A stretch of DNA of 64,000 bases from Eledone cirrhosa (taxonomy: Eukaryota): the NCBI GenBank assembly GCA_964016885.1, contig OZ024743.1, positions 106,578,001 through 106,642,000 of the forward strand, given 5' to 3'. Below, in pieces: positions 27,296-39,924 of the stretch. Below the pieces are notes generated by a model. It was not told the DNA's origin and searched no databases. It was given only the letters and a program-made list of their open reading frames with translations. How positions within the stretch are numbered: the first letter of the stretch is position 1; each line of letters begins with the position of its first letter. Made by a program: the position numbers and the translations under genes.

Positions 27296-27579
27296 AAAGT
27301 ATAAACTTTTTATATAGAAATGGCTTCTACAGGACTAGAACTGTTTCATAAAACATCTCTAGTCCTGTAGAGGCCATTTATATATATATATATACAAATA
27401 TATTACACAGAGAGAAGTGTGTTACACAGTGAGATGTGTGTAAATAATTATTACATGTGACTTTAACCGTTATAGTATGGAAAATAACACCTACTGGTTG
27501 GCAATTAAATAGAAAGAAGACTGAGTCAGAATCAAATCTCTGAAGTAGAGTTTTAAATTACCAACCTTATAACTATAAG

Positions 27580-27655
27580 CTTGCTGATACGAATCTATTT
27601 CGTTTCGCCACTGAAATGTGTAGTTTAAAAGTCCACTGGGTCCTCATTCAGCAAG
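27580..27655 (-). ncRNA. Type I hammerhead ribozyme with mutated core
   Basis: Stem I cttgctga/tcagcaag (8 bp), core ATGAGGA, stem II CCCAGTGGA/TTCAGTGGC, GAAA, stem III ACGAA/TTCGT, GUA triplet. Confidence 0.75.
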
Positions 27656-27844
27656 TGTGGTATTTTTAGCTACACATCTATGCCTAATGGAAAGAGAGAA
27701 CGCAAATATACACGCTGCCCAGAGCAGGGCGAAAACACGTGTTATTTGCATCAAATAACGGCTCTCATGAATTGGGGAAGATGCTAGAGAGGGCAGCCCA
27801 ACCATTCGAATTTATTAGCTCAACCATTCGAATTTATTAGCTCA

Positions 27845-28440
27845 AAAAAGAATCATCTGTACTCTACCAACATGCTAAAATAGAACATAAGGGTAAATTA
27901 AAGAACATAGAAATAAAAATAGAATCTACACACAGAAAAGACGCAATGTTTAGACAAATCACAGAGGCAATAAACATAAATGAACTCCAACCAAAATTAA
28001 ATAGAAAACGTGAGTGGAAAACAGCAACATCACAACTTGCAATTTAGGACAGAATGAAAACACACACGCAAATAGAACAAACAACCAACCAGTAACATGT
28101 AAATAAACAAATAAATAAACGAATATAAACACACACAGACACCCGGATGTGGCGCATGCGCAGACTGAGCACACAACACACACACAGAAACAAGATGGCG
28201 TAGCACAGAACAAAGGAGAGGCACAAAAACGAAGAAAGGAATCCCCAGTCGCTGAAGAGGTCACAGAATATGTGACGAAAGAACTTTGACAATATATAAA
28301 CAATCATCTGGTTGGGGAACCAACCAACCAACCGGAAATTTATAAATTCCTAAATTTATAAATTTATTATAATAAATTGAAGTAAAAGCATGGTGCGTGT
28401 ATTTCTTATTGGCAACATGACCCTCCCAAAGTATAACAAT
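27845..28440 (+). mobile_element. HHR-bearing non-coding repeat family A, copy 2
   Basis: gtcg-CTGAAGA-G-GTCACA-GAATA-TGTGAC-GAAA-GAACTT-tgac at 28248-28290. Ends in tgaccctcccaaagtataacaa followed by (TA)n. Confidence 0.75.
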
Positions 28441-28443
28441 ATT

Positions 28444-28535
<92 letters not shown>

Positions 28536-28536
28536 T

Positions 28537-28655
<119 letters not shown>

Positions 28656-28667
28656 AATATATATAAT

Positions 28668-28701
<34 letters not shown>

Positions 28702-28839
28702 AAGAAAAAGAGATGAAATCGAAAATGCAACTGGAGTCTTATTTTTTTTTTAAATATATATATTTATTTGGTTCCTTTACCGGTTTTGCAGTTCTTCTGC
28801 TTTTCAAAAGGTGAGTTGAGATGGAGGGTCTGTGGCTTT

Positions 28840-28900
<61 letters not shown>

Positions 28901-29529
28901 GTATGTATTGCAGTGAATCTCGTAAATACTATATTTCCAAATATGGCAGAGCCTTCAGTCCGACGTACGAGATGTTATATATAAACTTTGGTACATTAAG
29001 AACATATTCATCTGTCAAATACACTCGTTTCACTGTATCATCTCTCCTTCAAGCAGTCATGAAGCTAACGATTAGTTTTATACGATTTTCCGTCTATAAC
29101 ACGTGTGATATGTCTCTTTACAGTTAACTCTTAGTTTTAAGATTTAACTGTTCTTTCAATATTGATCTTGTAGTTATTCCAAATTTTAAGTTGTGGCTGG
29201 AAGACACAATTCTTTGCGTCATATACGTACGTCTGATTACCTCTCATATTTAATCACATCGAGATTCAATTTTACCTCTCAGAGTTGAGGAGTCGAATCA
29301 GAATGTAACAATCCACTACTGAATGGATATAAACGAATCCTCCGATAAATAATCCTCTTTGTACAAGAATTAGAAATAGATTTTTTACTTCAGTATGATT
29401 TCTCTTTGAACATTCATTATATTTAGTTAATTTACACCGTACATTAAATGAGCATCTCTAACATCATCATCATCATCATCATCACCATCACCATCACCAT
29501 CACCACCACCACCACCTCAAGGCTCGAGG

Positions 29530-29892
29530 GAGGAAACCGATTTCTGTCATTTGTATTATCGCGACTGTATACTAGCACTGATAACATAAGATCATGATCA
29601 TGGATAAGGGTTGTAACGAACACAATTGAAGATAGCAGATTTGGCTTTTACACCTACTTCCTTTTTGTATTCACAAAAAACAAGATAGTGTATGATAGAA
29701 CAAGGGAGAGACACGAGATAACAATAAAGTTAGTCACTTACGAGGTCAAAGAATGTGTGTTGAAATATCGTTCACAAACAACAACTACACAATGACCCGG
29801 TTACTAAGCAAACTGACTGGGACTTTATAAGACTTCGATGTAAAAATTAACAGGTACGTGTGTTATTAACATGACCCTTTCAAATTATAACA

Positions 29893-29895
<3 letters not shown>
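29530..29895 (+). mobile_element. HHR-bearing repeat family A, copy 3 (decayed)
   Basis: agtca-CTTACGA-GGTCAAAGAATGTGTGTT-GAAA at ~29732-29765. Ends in tgaccctttcaaattataacaa. Confidence 0.55.
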
Positions 29896-29930
<35 letters not shown>

Positions 29931-29932
<2 letters not shown>

Positions 29933-30411
29933 TCGTTTAATTGTAAGAGACTACTTTGAGTTTCTAATTCAGTATATATGTGTCGGCTCCATCATGTAGT
30001 GCTAATGTTAATGTCGTGTTAACAAGGCTGCTATTTTTAGCAGCATATGTTTTGGAGACAAACTAGGCTCCGACGACACGTGCGTTATTTCATATCGCAC
30101 TCAATTCAGTCTTCTAATATTTTTAGAAGTGGGAGGATCGCTAATTTCTCAACACCTACTGATGAGGAGAGAAATAGTGATGACTTCGCTTAATATGATT
30201 TTGCGGAACAGTTTCCATAACTGTCTAGGTGTTTTCAGGCAGTTGCCCAATATAGGCTTGTTATTATTTTTCTTAATTTACTACTTCAAATTAAGACTGG
30301 CAAACTATATTGCTGTAGTTAGTACACCCCCCCCCCCCCCCCTAGCAAACTTAGTCCTTACGATTCGGATACATGTATGTTTATATTAGTGTTCAACTCT
30401 CTTGTTTATTC

Positions 30412-30415
<4 letters not shown>
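29931..30415 (+). mobile_element. HHR-bearing non-coding repeat family B, copy 1, between (TA)n tracts
   Basis: Homologous to ~47630-48056 (ggctgctatttttag, ttagaagtg, ggcaaac..tattg, ccttacgatt, ttcaattata). Confidence 0.8.
30151..30233 (+). ncRNA. Type I hammerhead ribozyme (A13->G variant)
   Basis: Stem I aacaccta/taggtgtt (8 bp), CTGATGA, long stem II, GGAA, stem III ACAGTT/AACTGT, GUC at 30223-30225. Confidence 0.8.
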
Positions 30416-30483
<68 letters not shown>

Positions 30484-30539
30484 CTTCTTTGCAATAATAC
30501 ATTTGTAAATCCCATTTAGCGTGTGATAATTAAAGAATT

Positions 30540-33260
30540 ACATATGTTAATGCCATCATACTCATTACATTCAATCTCAACCCCGGCATTATCAACAACA
30601 CTATCACCATCATCAGGGTCATCCTTAATCTATATCATTAGTAACGTTTCATTTATCTCCACAGTCATCGTTTTGAAAGACACAATTTCTGCACTATTAC
30701 TCAGTTGCTTCCCATCATCATCGTTATATTGCTATCACCTCCATGAATTCCATTGTCATTAGAATTATCAACATCTTCATCGCATCCATCGTCCTCCTAG
30801 TCTTCTTCGTCCTCATATTTGCATTCCTATCGTGATCACCTTTCGAACATCATCATTATAATCATCTTTGTCTTCATCATGATCCTCCAAGACTTTCTCA
30901 TCATCAGATTTACATTACTCTCGCTATCATGATTGTCGTCATCGCCATTCTAATAACATCAGGATAATCATCATCATCTTAAACGCCGACACCCTCATCT
31001 TCCTCATCCTCAATCCACCATCATCATCAGCTGTTGCAGCAGCATCCTCATCACTTCAATGAAATTCAGTATTAGTGCATTTTTTTTTTTATAATTATTT
31101 TTTCATCGGGTACACATTTTGATAACATCATTATAATCATTATCATGTTCGTCGTCGCCGTTGTCGTTGTCATCCTTGTCTTCCTCATCATCATCATCAT
31201 CATTATCATCATCATCATCATCATCATCACCGTTCTTATAGAATCATTATAATCATTATCATCATCAACACTACAATAAACCAATTGTGCATGTGAGTAA
31301 TGTTCATTTATTTATTTTCTTCATCAGGTACACAAACGGGTGATGTGTTTATAATTATTTTAGCAAATTCATTTCAGAATAATGATCCGCAGAATTAAAC
31401 TATTCATTGAAATGCTAAATACGTTTTCACTTCAAATCTAGAAAACAGTAATTATTCTTAGAATCCAATTTAAAATTCCAGTAAAAGCATATATTTTTCT
31501 TGTAAAACACAAATACATTTACCTTATATACACTCTGTTTGTTTGTTTTACTTTACTTTTATTTTGTATTTGATTTTGTTATCCTCCTATTGGTGGTTTG
31601 TAACGTATTTCTCTTGTTGTTGTTTTGCTATATTTCCTTCTTTCACGCCTTCTTTATTGTTGCTCTCTTTTATATTCCAAATGATGCATAAATGCATTAG
31701 TTACTTAGGTTTCCATTGTAAGTAAAACAACTTGGTTGTTTTAAGCTAAACATTTGTAGTTGATGCTTCTTCGGTTGTTGTTACCGATCTTGTCGTTCTT
31801 GTTGTTGCTAAACTTCTTCTGCCACACCCATATTTCCTTTTCTTCTTCATTCTCCTTATTCCTCTTTTTCTTCTTCGTCTGATTCGTCTCCTTCGTATAT
31901 TTCTTCTTTTTCTTCTCCTCCTCTCTTTTCTTTTCCTTCTTCGTCTGATTCGTCTCCTTCGTAAACATCCTCTTTTTCTTCTCCTCCTCTCATTTCTTTT
32001 CCTTCTTCTCCTACGTCATCTTCTTTAATTCATCTATTTCTAGGCGCCATGGCTCAAACATGCATAGCAAGTAGTAGAGGATTTAACGTCAATATCCTAG
32101 CAGATATGTAAGGATATAATTATACACTATTCTAATAGATTTTTTTCTACTTAATTTCTTTCGTTTTTGTTTTATTTTGTATTTCTTTTATTTCATTTTT
32201 TCCTGCTTTCTATTTCTATATTGTGTTACATTACTTTTGTTTTTGCGCAAAACAACATAGATCATTCTATGTAATAACATTGAAGAATAATTAAAAGAAT
32301 AACAGTTCACGTCGAAACACTTTCATTTGAAATGTAACACTTGGAGAAGATATTTCAATTTGTGAAGATTTATTTTAATGTATTTTATTTTATTGTCGTT
32401 ATATTTATCAATTCTCTTCCGGGGAACAACAACAACTTCAATAACAATGTTAAAAACATTAACAATATCAACAACGGCAATAACAATTACACGAATGACA
32501 ATAACAGAAACAGTAACAACAGGATCTTCAACAACTAGAATTCCAGCAACAGTGGCAATTACAACAACCATAAAAAATCCATCAATAGCCACAACTACAA
32601 CGTCAGTAATGAAGGAAACAACAGAAACTGCAGCAACAACAACAGCCAAAACAAAACTAGTAGCAAAAACAAGAACAGTAACGACATGAATAGAATAAAA
32701 TAAATCGTAGAGCTATTAGTTCTTAGTAAATATTGATTAAGACATGAACGGATTTTAGAGATAAATCTTCCCTAGAGAGTATTGTGTTAAATAAATATAT
32801 GTGAAGCGATTGAGCGACATATTAAGCGATACACTAGAACGCGCAGCTAAATCCTAACAAAATGATTCAGTTGACTTATTTATGATTCTCTCTCCAGTGG
32901 CATTTCATATAAAAAGAAAATATGATATTGGTAGTGGTAGTGGTAGTGGTCGGCGTCGTGGTTGTTGTTATTCACGTGGTAGTAGTAGTGGTGCTGGTGT
33001 TGGCCGTAATGTTTGATGGAAATGGGTGGTGGTGTTCAGCAAGCTGATGATGGGGGTGCTAGTCATAATGTTGGTAATAGGTGGTGCTGGAAGATATAAG
33101 TTCTGGTGATAGTGGTAATGGTATTGGTTGTGGTGTTTGTGGGAGTTTTGTTATTTGTAGTTGTGATGGTTGCGGTGATGGTGAGGTTCGTTGTTGTTGA
33201 GGCGGTAGTATTGTTGATGGGGGGGGTCTTAGTGGTGAAGGTGGTGGTGGTTGTTGGGAA
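30540..33260. repeat. Blocks of degenerate trinucleotide repeats: (CAT)n 30540-31270, (TTC)n 31770-32030, (AAC)n 32420-32690, (GGT/GTT)n 32930-33260
   Basis: Visible triplet periodicity. Confidence 0.9.
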
Positions 33261-34141
33261 GGATATCGCTCGCAATGTTGTTAATTTCCAGACCAATCCT
33301 TATAAAGGGGATACATAACGAAAACCTCCTTAATGTCGACTTTTCTGCGGCTCTGAGATAAGTATATCGAATATGACGTTTGAGACATATCTGTTTGATA
33401 TTTTTACCATGTAGTTTCATATCACAGAGAGGTCCTCGTTTCATCGACAACGTTCCAGTAATATATTGTGATAGACGTATCATGGTGAAATAGTTAAGAA
33501 CGTCGTTTCGGACAAATGATGCTTATGATTCAAACTCTTTGCTTACCATCATGTGCAAGTATTATCTGCCATAGTTTCTGATCAACTCATAAGTGCGGAG
33601 TGTACCATTTAATAGGTCAATTTAATGGGTCAAACATGGCATATATTCTCACGCTGAAACTCCCTGAGAATTATAACAAATTGTTCATGTATGTGAACTG
33701 CACGAACATATATACATCAAATTCAATAGCAGGTTATTCCTATATTCTAGGGATACGCTACTTCACTAAAGGACTGGCACTCACTCCTCATCATTGATTG
33801 AAGTCCATTCAATTACATTATTATCCCCGTAATTCTGAATGCATTACTTATAATTTATTTGTCCAATGCCATATTGAAGACGGTAGAACGATCCTGTGAT
33901 ACGGCGTTTGTACCATTTCAGAACTCAAGAATGTTGAAACTTTCAATGATATTTCATCACTAGATACTCAAGAAATGATATTATAAGAGGGATTTTGGTT
34001 ACGAATACAATAAAGATATTGTAGTTTTATGACAACTGTTTCCATTATCAAAGTAAATCGTTGTCTTTCAGATAACACACACATACAGCCACAAGCAAAT
34101 ACATACAGGCAGACACACACAGTCACACACAAACACAGAAA

Positions 34142-34173
<32 letters not shown>

Positions 34174-34315
34174 ATTGGACAAGCGTTAACATGTGCAGAT
34201 TCCAGAGTGAGGCACGTACTCTGTTCGCTCGTTCCTCGAGCTGCTCGGCACTGAAACATATAGAATATGTAATTAAATATTTATATGATGCAATACTGAT
34301 TCTTTGTTCTCATTT

Positions 34316-34368
<53 letters not shown>

Positions 34369-34418
34369 TCATACTTTCTCTCACTCTCTCTTTGTCCCCC
34401 CCCCCCCTCTATCTCTCT

Positions 34419-34757
<339 letters not shown>

Positions 34758-34831
34758 GTATACAGCTACGTTAGAGCGAACACCTTAAATATAAATACAC
34801 ATACACACACATACACAAACACACATACATT

Positions 34832-34873
<42 letters not shown>

Positions 34874-34919
34874 CATACACACATACACACATACACACAT
34901 ACACACACATAAACATCTA

Positions 34920-35011
<92 letters not shown>

Positions 35012-35146
35012 CATGTATATATATATACATTAAACTTCGAAAAATGGTGAAACCAACACGTTTTTTTTATTAATATAAGTCTGTGTTTTTCTTGGTTATC
35101 TTGAAATATATATATATGTGTATACATATATATGTATATATATATG

Positions 35147-35193
<47 letters not shown>

Positions 35194-35820
35194 GTGCGTG
35201 TGTGTGTGTATATATATAAAGAATAGACAAAAAAGACCCATGTTTTCTTCAAATCTGATTAAATGATTTTTAAAATTCTATTGATTATTTGAATTCGTTC
35301 GGTCATTGAGTAAACTGGTCAATGCGGTATACTACACAAATATATTTATGTATTTATGTATCTCTGTTTGTATCTTATTACTGTATTGTTCCAACACTCT
35401 TTTTGGTAGGGGTACTTAGGCATGTGCTGGCTGCTATTTCTCTCAAATGTGGCACACGCCCAATGTCTGGCTTTTGCCTCCCTTCTGAGACCTATACGAC
35501 GAGGTTCCCTCCAGAGACATATTCACTTTATAAAGATCAGGTCAAGAAACAGTCGCCATATTGAGTCGTGAAAGGGGTGAGTCGACAGCCGCAAAGCGTT
35601 GGTTCATTTCCTTCGTACACCAGTGCTGCAAACTTGTCGATGAAGCTGCAGTATGGCTTTTGAAGAAAGAAAGGAGTAATTATTTGTTTATTTTTTACTC
35701 GTTTTCTAATTTGACAAATACCTCTGATTAAATAATTATTTTAATTCTTCTGATTACTTAACTCGTTCAGCACACATCACACTCATATATTTATGTATTT
35801 ATATATCTGTGTGTATGGTA

Positions 35821-35864
<44 letters not shown>

Positions 35865-35908
35865 TAAAATAACTAAAACAGCTATATATATATATATATA
35901 TATATATC

Positions 35909-36028
<120 letters not shown>

Positions 36029-36159
36029 GAGAGAGAGAGAGTGAGAGAGAGAGAGAAGAGAGGTTGAGTATAATGTCCCTCCCTAGTTGTGATAAAAAAT
36101 AATCATTAAACATCTCTCATCCAATCCACTGTCTTTATTTATTTTTAAATAACATGATA

Positions 36160-36690
36160 TAGAATTTTAAACAGTCTTAAGAAATATGTTCAAAATGACC
36201 ACTTTCCATCGACATTATCATATCAAATCGTTTCACGAAATCGTCGAATGCAGCTTCAAGATGGTCATTTCTTATTTTGGTAGTTGGTATAGCCTGGAAA
36301 TATTCTGCGTCACTATACAAGAAGCTTTTCAAAATTGATCACTTTCATGGATCATTACTTTCAGTTCAGTGTAAATGGGGAGTCTGGCAGCGTTATCAAA
36401 TAGTTGTTGCACCATTGATAGTTTATATGGCTTCATCGCAATATGTTATCTTAAATTCTCACGAATGCTTGAATAATGTATACCAAGCTGACTTGGTGCT
36501 TATCTGAGAGGTGTTGATGGGGTTTTTTCTAATGTTTAGTGAAACTGCTTCATCTTGTCTTCATCCAAAATGGGTCATCCAATCCTGCCAATGTACTATC
36601 CTGTTTCTTTGAATTTTACAAAGAAAGCTCGTATTCTTTTGGGGCTGGTGATTTGTGCTAAGTTGACCATTTTCACTGAACAGCAGATAC
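36160..36690 (-). pseudogene. Internally deleted Tc1/mariner transposase relic
   Basis: Minus peptides FVKFKETG, TPSTPLR..SQLGIHYSSIRENLR*HIAMKPYKLSMVQQL and LEAAFDDFVKRF..MESGHFEH. The DD(D/E) core is missing and no TIRs were recognised. Confidence 0.75.
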
Positions 36691-37759
36691 ATACTTGTAC
36701 TCTGCCATTAACAAAACAATTAATTTGGCAAGATATATATATATAATGGTAAATTATGTGCGTTGATAATACAACATTATAAAGCATTCAGATATTTAAA
36801 GATCCGATGTGATTTCGTCAATATGCAGATTGGACATCCGTAAGTATGGTAACACGTAAATCAAGTAAGTATACTTCCTGTCATCATAGCTTTGCAAATA
36901 ACAGAGCAAATATACCACAAACAAAATCACCAAGGTTTAACAATTAATATATCATTTATTTGATTTACTTATGTTTCATTCTTCTCCAAATGTTGTACCT
37001 TTTAATACCTTATAGAGAAATTATCAAAACAATTATATATAACATATAAAAAGTATTTATCTCCCCACTGTGTGCCTGCAATATGGGCTTACATAGACTT
37101 TTATAATATTAAGACTTATTATACCGTTTACTCAGTTTAAATTCGATTGTTACTCCAGTAAATAAATAGTATTTCATTGTACTGCCTAAAATCATATAGT
37201 ATATTCATGTCAGAATATGAGTACTGAAAATATCTGTTGTACTAACACTGATATCAGTGCGGTTAAATAATTCCTGCACCTGTAAGCCTCCATAAGCTTT
37301 AATGTTTCCATAACGATTAATGCTTCAATGGCGGTGTATGCACATGGTCGGTAAATAAATACCTTTTATATTTTATATATAATTGATTCTGATTATATGT
37401 CTCCAGAGGTATTGAAAGCAACAGCCTTTATAGAAGAATGAAACATCTAAATCAACTAAACAATATATTATCGAAGCGTTTCGATTGACAGAAATTTGAA
37501 AATATTAGATTACCAAAGGCAGCGAAAATGACTGTAACAATAATCAATCGCTATTAATATTATTTGAGAAAAAAATGAGTATGAAGAACGTGGTCAAATC
37601 GGAGAATTTTATCTATCATCAACTCTATCATGATATATTATTTTATAAATCCCGATAGAATGAAAAGTAAATTAACTTCGGTGTGTTTTGAACTCAGAGA
37701 GCAAAGGATTAAATCAAAACCCACTGTGAAGAATAATTCGCTGCGATTATCATCTAGAC

Positions 37760-38106
37760 ATTATTTCTACTTTTGGCACAAGGCCAGCAATTTCTAAGTA
37801 CATAACTGGTACTTTATTTTATCGATACCTTCAGTATGAAAGGCAAATTTAACCTGGACGGGATTTCAACTCAGGCTGTAAAGGGACGTAACTATGCTAG
37901 AAAGCATGGCGTCCAACCCTTTACCGATACTGCCATATCGGTAGAGGGTCGGACGCCATGCTTTGCAGCAAAGAGTTACGGTTCTTTATGGTGTGAGTTC
38001 AAATCCCGCCGAGGATAACTTTGCCTTTCATCCTTACGTCGTCGATAACATCAAGTACCAGTAATACAGTGGAATAATTGCTGGCCTTGTGCCAAAAGCA
38101 GAAACA
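37760..38106. mobile_element. Head-to-head pair of tRNA-SINEs (minus 37760-37934, plus ~37937-38106)
   Basis: Both copies have the B-box-like gagtt(c/g)aaatcc, the core gcctttcat...tcgataa and the tail ggccttgtgccaaaag. A further SINE fragment lies at ~37650-37710. Confidence 0.92.
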
Positions 38107-38120
38107 ATTATCATCTAGAC

Positions 38121-38153
38121 TCTAGTAGTGGTAGCAGTAATATTGGAGTTGGG

Positions 38154-38205
<52 letters not shown>

Positions 38206-38222
38206 ACAGTAGCATCAGCAAC

Positions 38223-38288
<66 letters not shown>

Positions 38289-38312
38289 TGTTGTTATTGG
38301 TTTATTATTATT
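38121..38312. repeat. (GTA)n/(GCA)n microsatellite
   Basis: Directly visible. Confidence 0.97.
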
Positions 38313-39720
38313 ATCTACATGAGGTCTGAAAAAATTATATGTTCAAGTTTGTGAACTGAATGCTTAAATTCTTAGAAAACAACATATGAAGAGAAAGCAT
38401 GTCATAAATACAGAACTTATTTCCACATTCTTTGAGAATCTAACATTTTCGAAATTATAATCTAAATGAAAAAAAAAGAGAAATTAATAGATAATAAATT
38501 AATAATTATATAAATACACGGCGAAAATATGAAAGACGAAAACCAAAACAAAACTAGCACAAGGCAAGTAAACAAGAAAGAAGTAATAAACAGAATGAAA
38601 GTGAGAAATTGTTAGAAGTAGAAGGAAGTTAAAATACTATTTAGAGTTTCCTTGTCGCTAATAAAGCCAGATAATTAAACAAAATCTTTCCAAGATTAAA
38701 GACTCTGTGCGACAAAGTTGATTGAAAAGATATATCCGGTGTTATTTTGCGTTGAAGAATTATAAAAACAAAAAAACAATTCAATTGCAGTAAGAGCATC
38801 AACAAGAACGGCAGCTCTCACAATGCTGTATTGTTCAGATATTTTAAAGAATTTTTCTTTTCTTTTCTATTTCTTTTTTCAGAATGAAATTCATTATAGT
38901 GTATCAATAACCCCAGTGTGATGATTATGTGTGATTTCATCCGTCGAAAAAATAGGTTAAATAACAAAAGACTGTAGGTTTTTTTATCATTTGTATTCTT
39001 CGATAACAAATTCTAATTGAGATGGTCTTGCATAATGTTTAGCTATTTTATCATTTTATTGTTGCTTTGTATTATTTTTCCTTATTACAATTTCAATTAA
39101 AAGTTGATCGATTTTATTGTTGATGAGTTGGGCATGAGAACTTCATTGAACTATATCGAATTATTATGTTAAATGTGGTTTGACGTATGACTGGGAGAAA
39201 TAAAATGAAATGGAGCGTCAAACATAAATACAAATTTAGTGAAGACATAGAATATATACTTCGTGTTATTTCTATTCTCTTTTATAATTGTGTTTATATT
39301 TGATTCATTCTCATTAAAAAAAATGAAGGTATTACAAACAATGTTATGGCCATTTAAGCTGAGGTGAATCCAATTAGCATCGAGAATATTTTGGGATATG
39401 AGGTTTTGGTACAGTAGAATATGTTATCCTGCAATCGTTTGACACAGTACAAAACAAATGTAATAAAAAAAAAACGGACGCTATGGTTTACCGTCATGAA
39501 AGCAGATGGTTTTAATCGGGCGTTAAACAAACTGAATTGTAAATCTCTTCAAAAACGGAATTTAACTTGATATTATTCTCTAATGGTTGATGAAAATATT
39601 TGATTTAAATTAAATTCCTTTTTTCGTAACAAACAGAAAAGAAATATTTATTTTGTTAGAAAAACGAAAAAAAAGAATCTTTAAATATACTTTTGTGTAA
39701 GGTTCTATATGTAATTTTTA

Positions 39721-39795
<75 letters not shown>

Positions 39796-39860
39796 TACAT
39801 ATATATATATATATACACACACACATATATACATATATTATCTCTCCCTCTCTCTATATA

Positions 39861-39918
<58 letters not shown>

Positions 39919-39924
39919 TATATA

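Noticed and set aside
32323-33318. Thr-rich mucin-like and Val-rich ORFs
   Set aside because: They arise from degenerate (AAC)n/(GGT)n repeats open on both strands, with no splice or domain evidence.
33300-33960. Protein-like unique sequence on the minus strand
   Set aside because: Multiple stops and no recognisable motif, so I cannot assign it.
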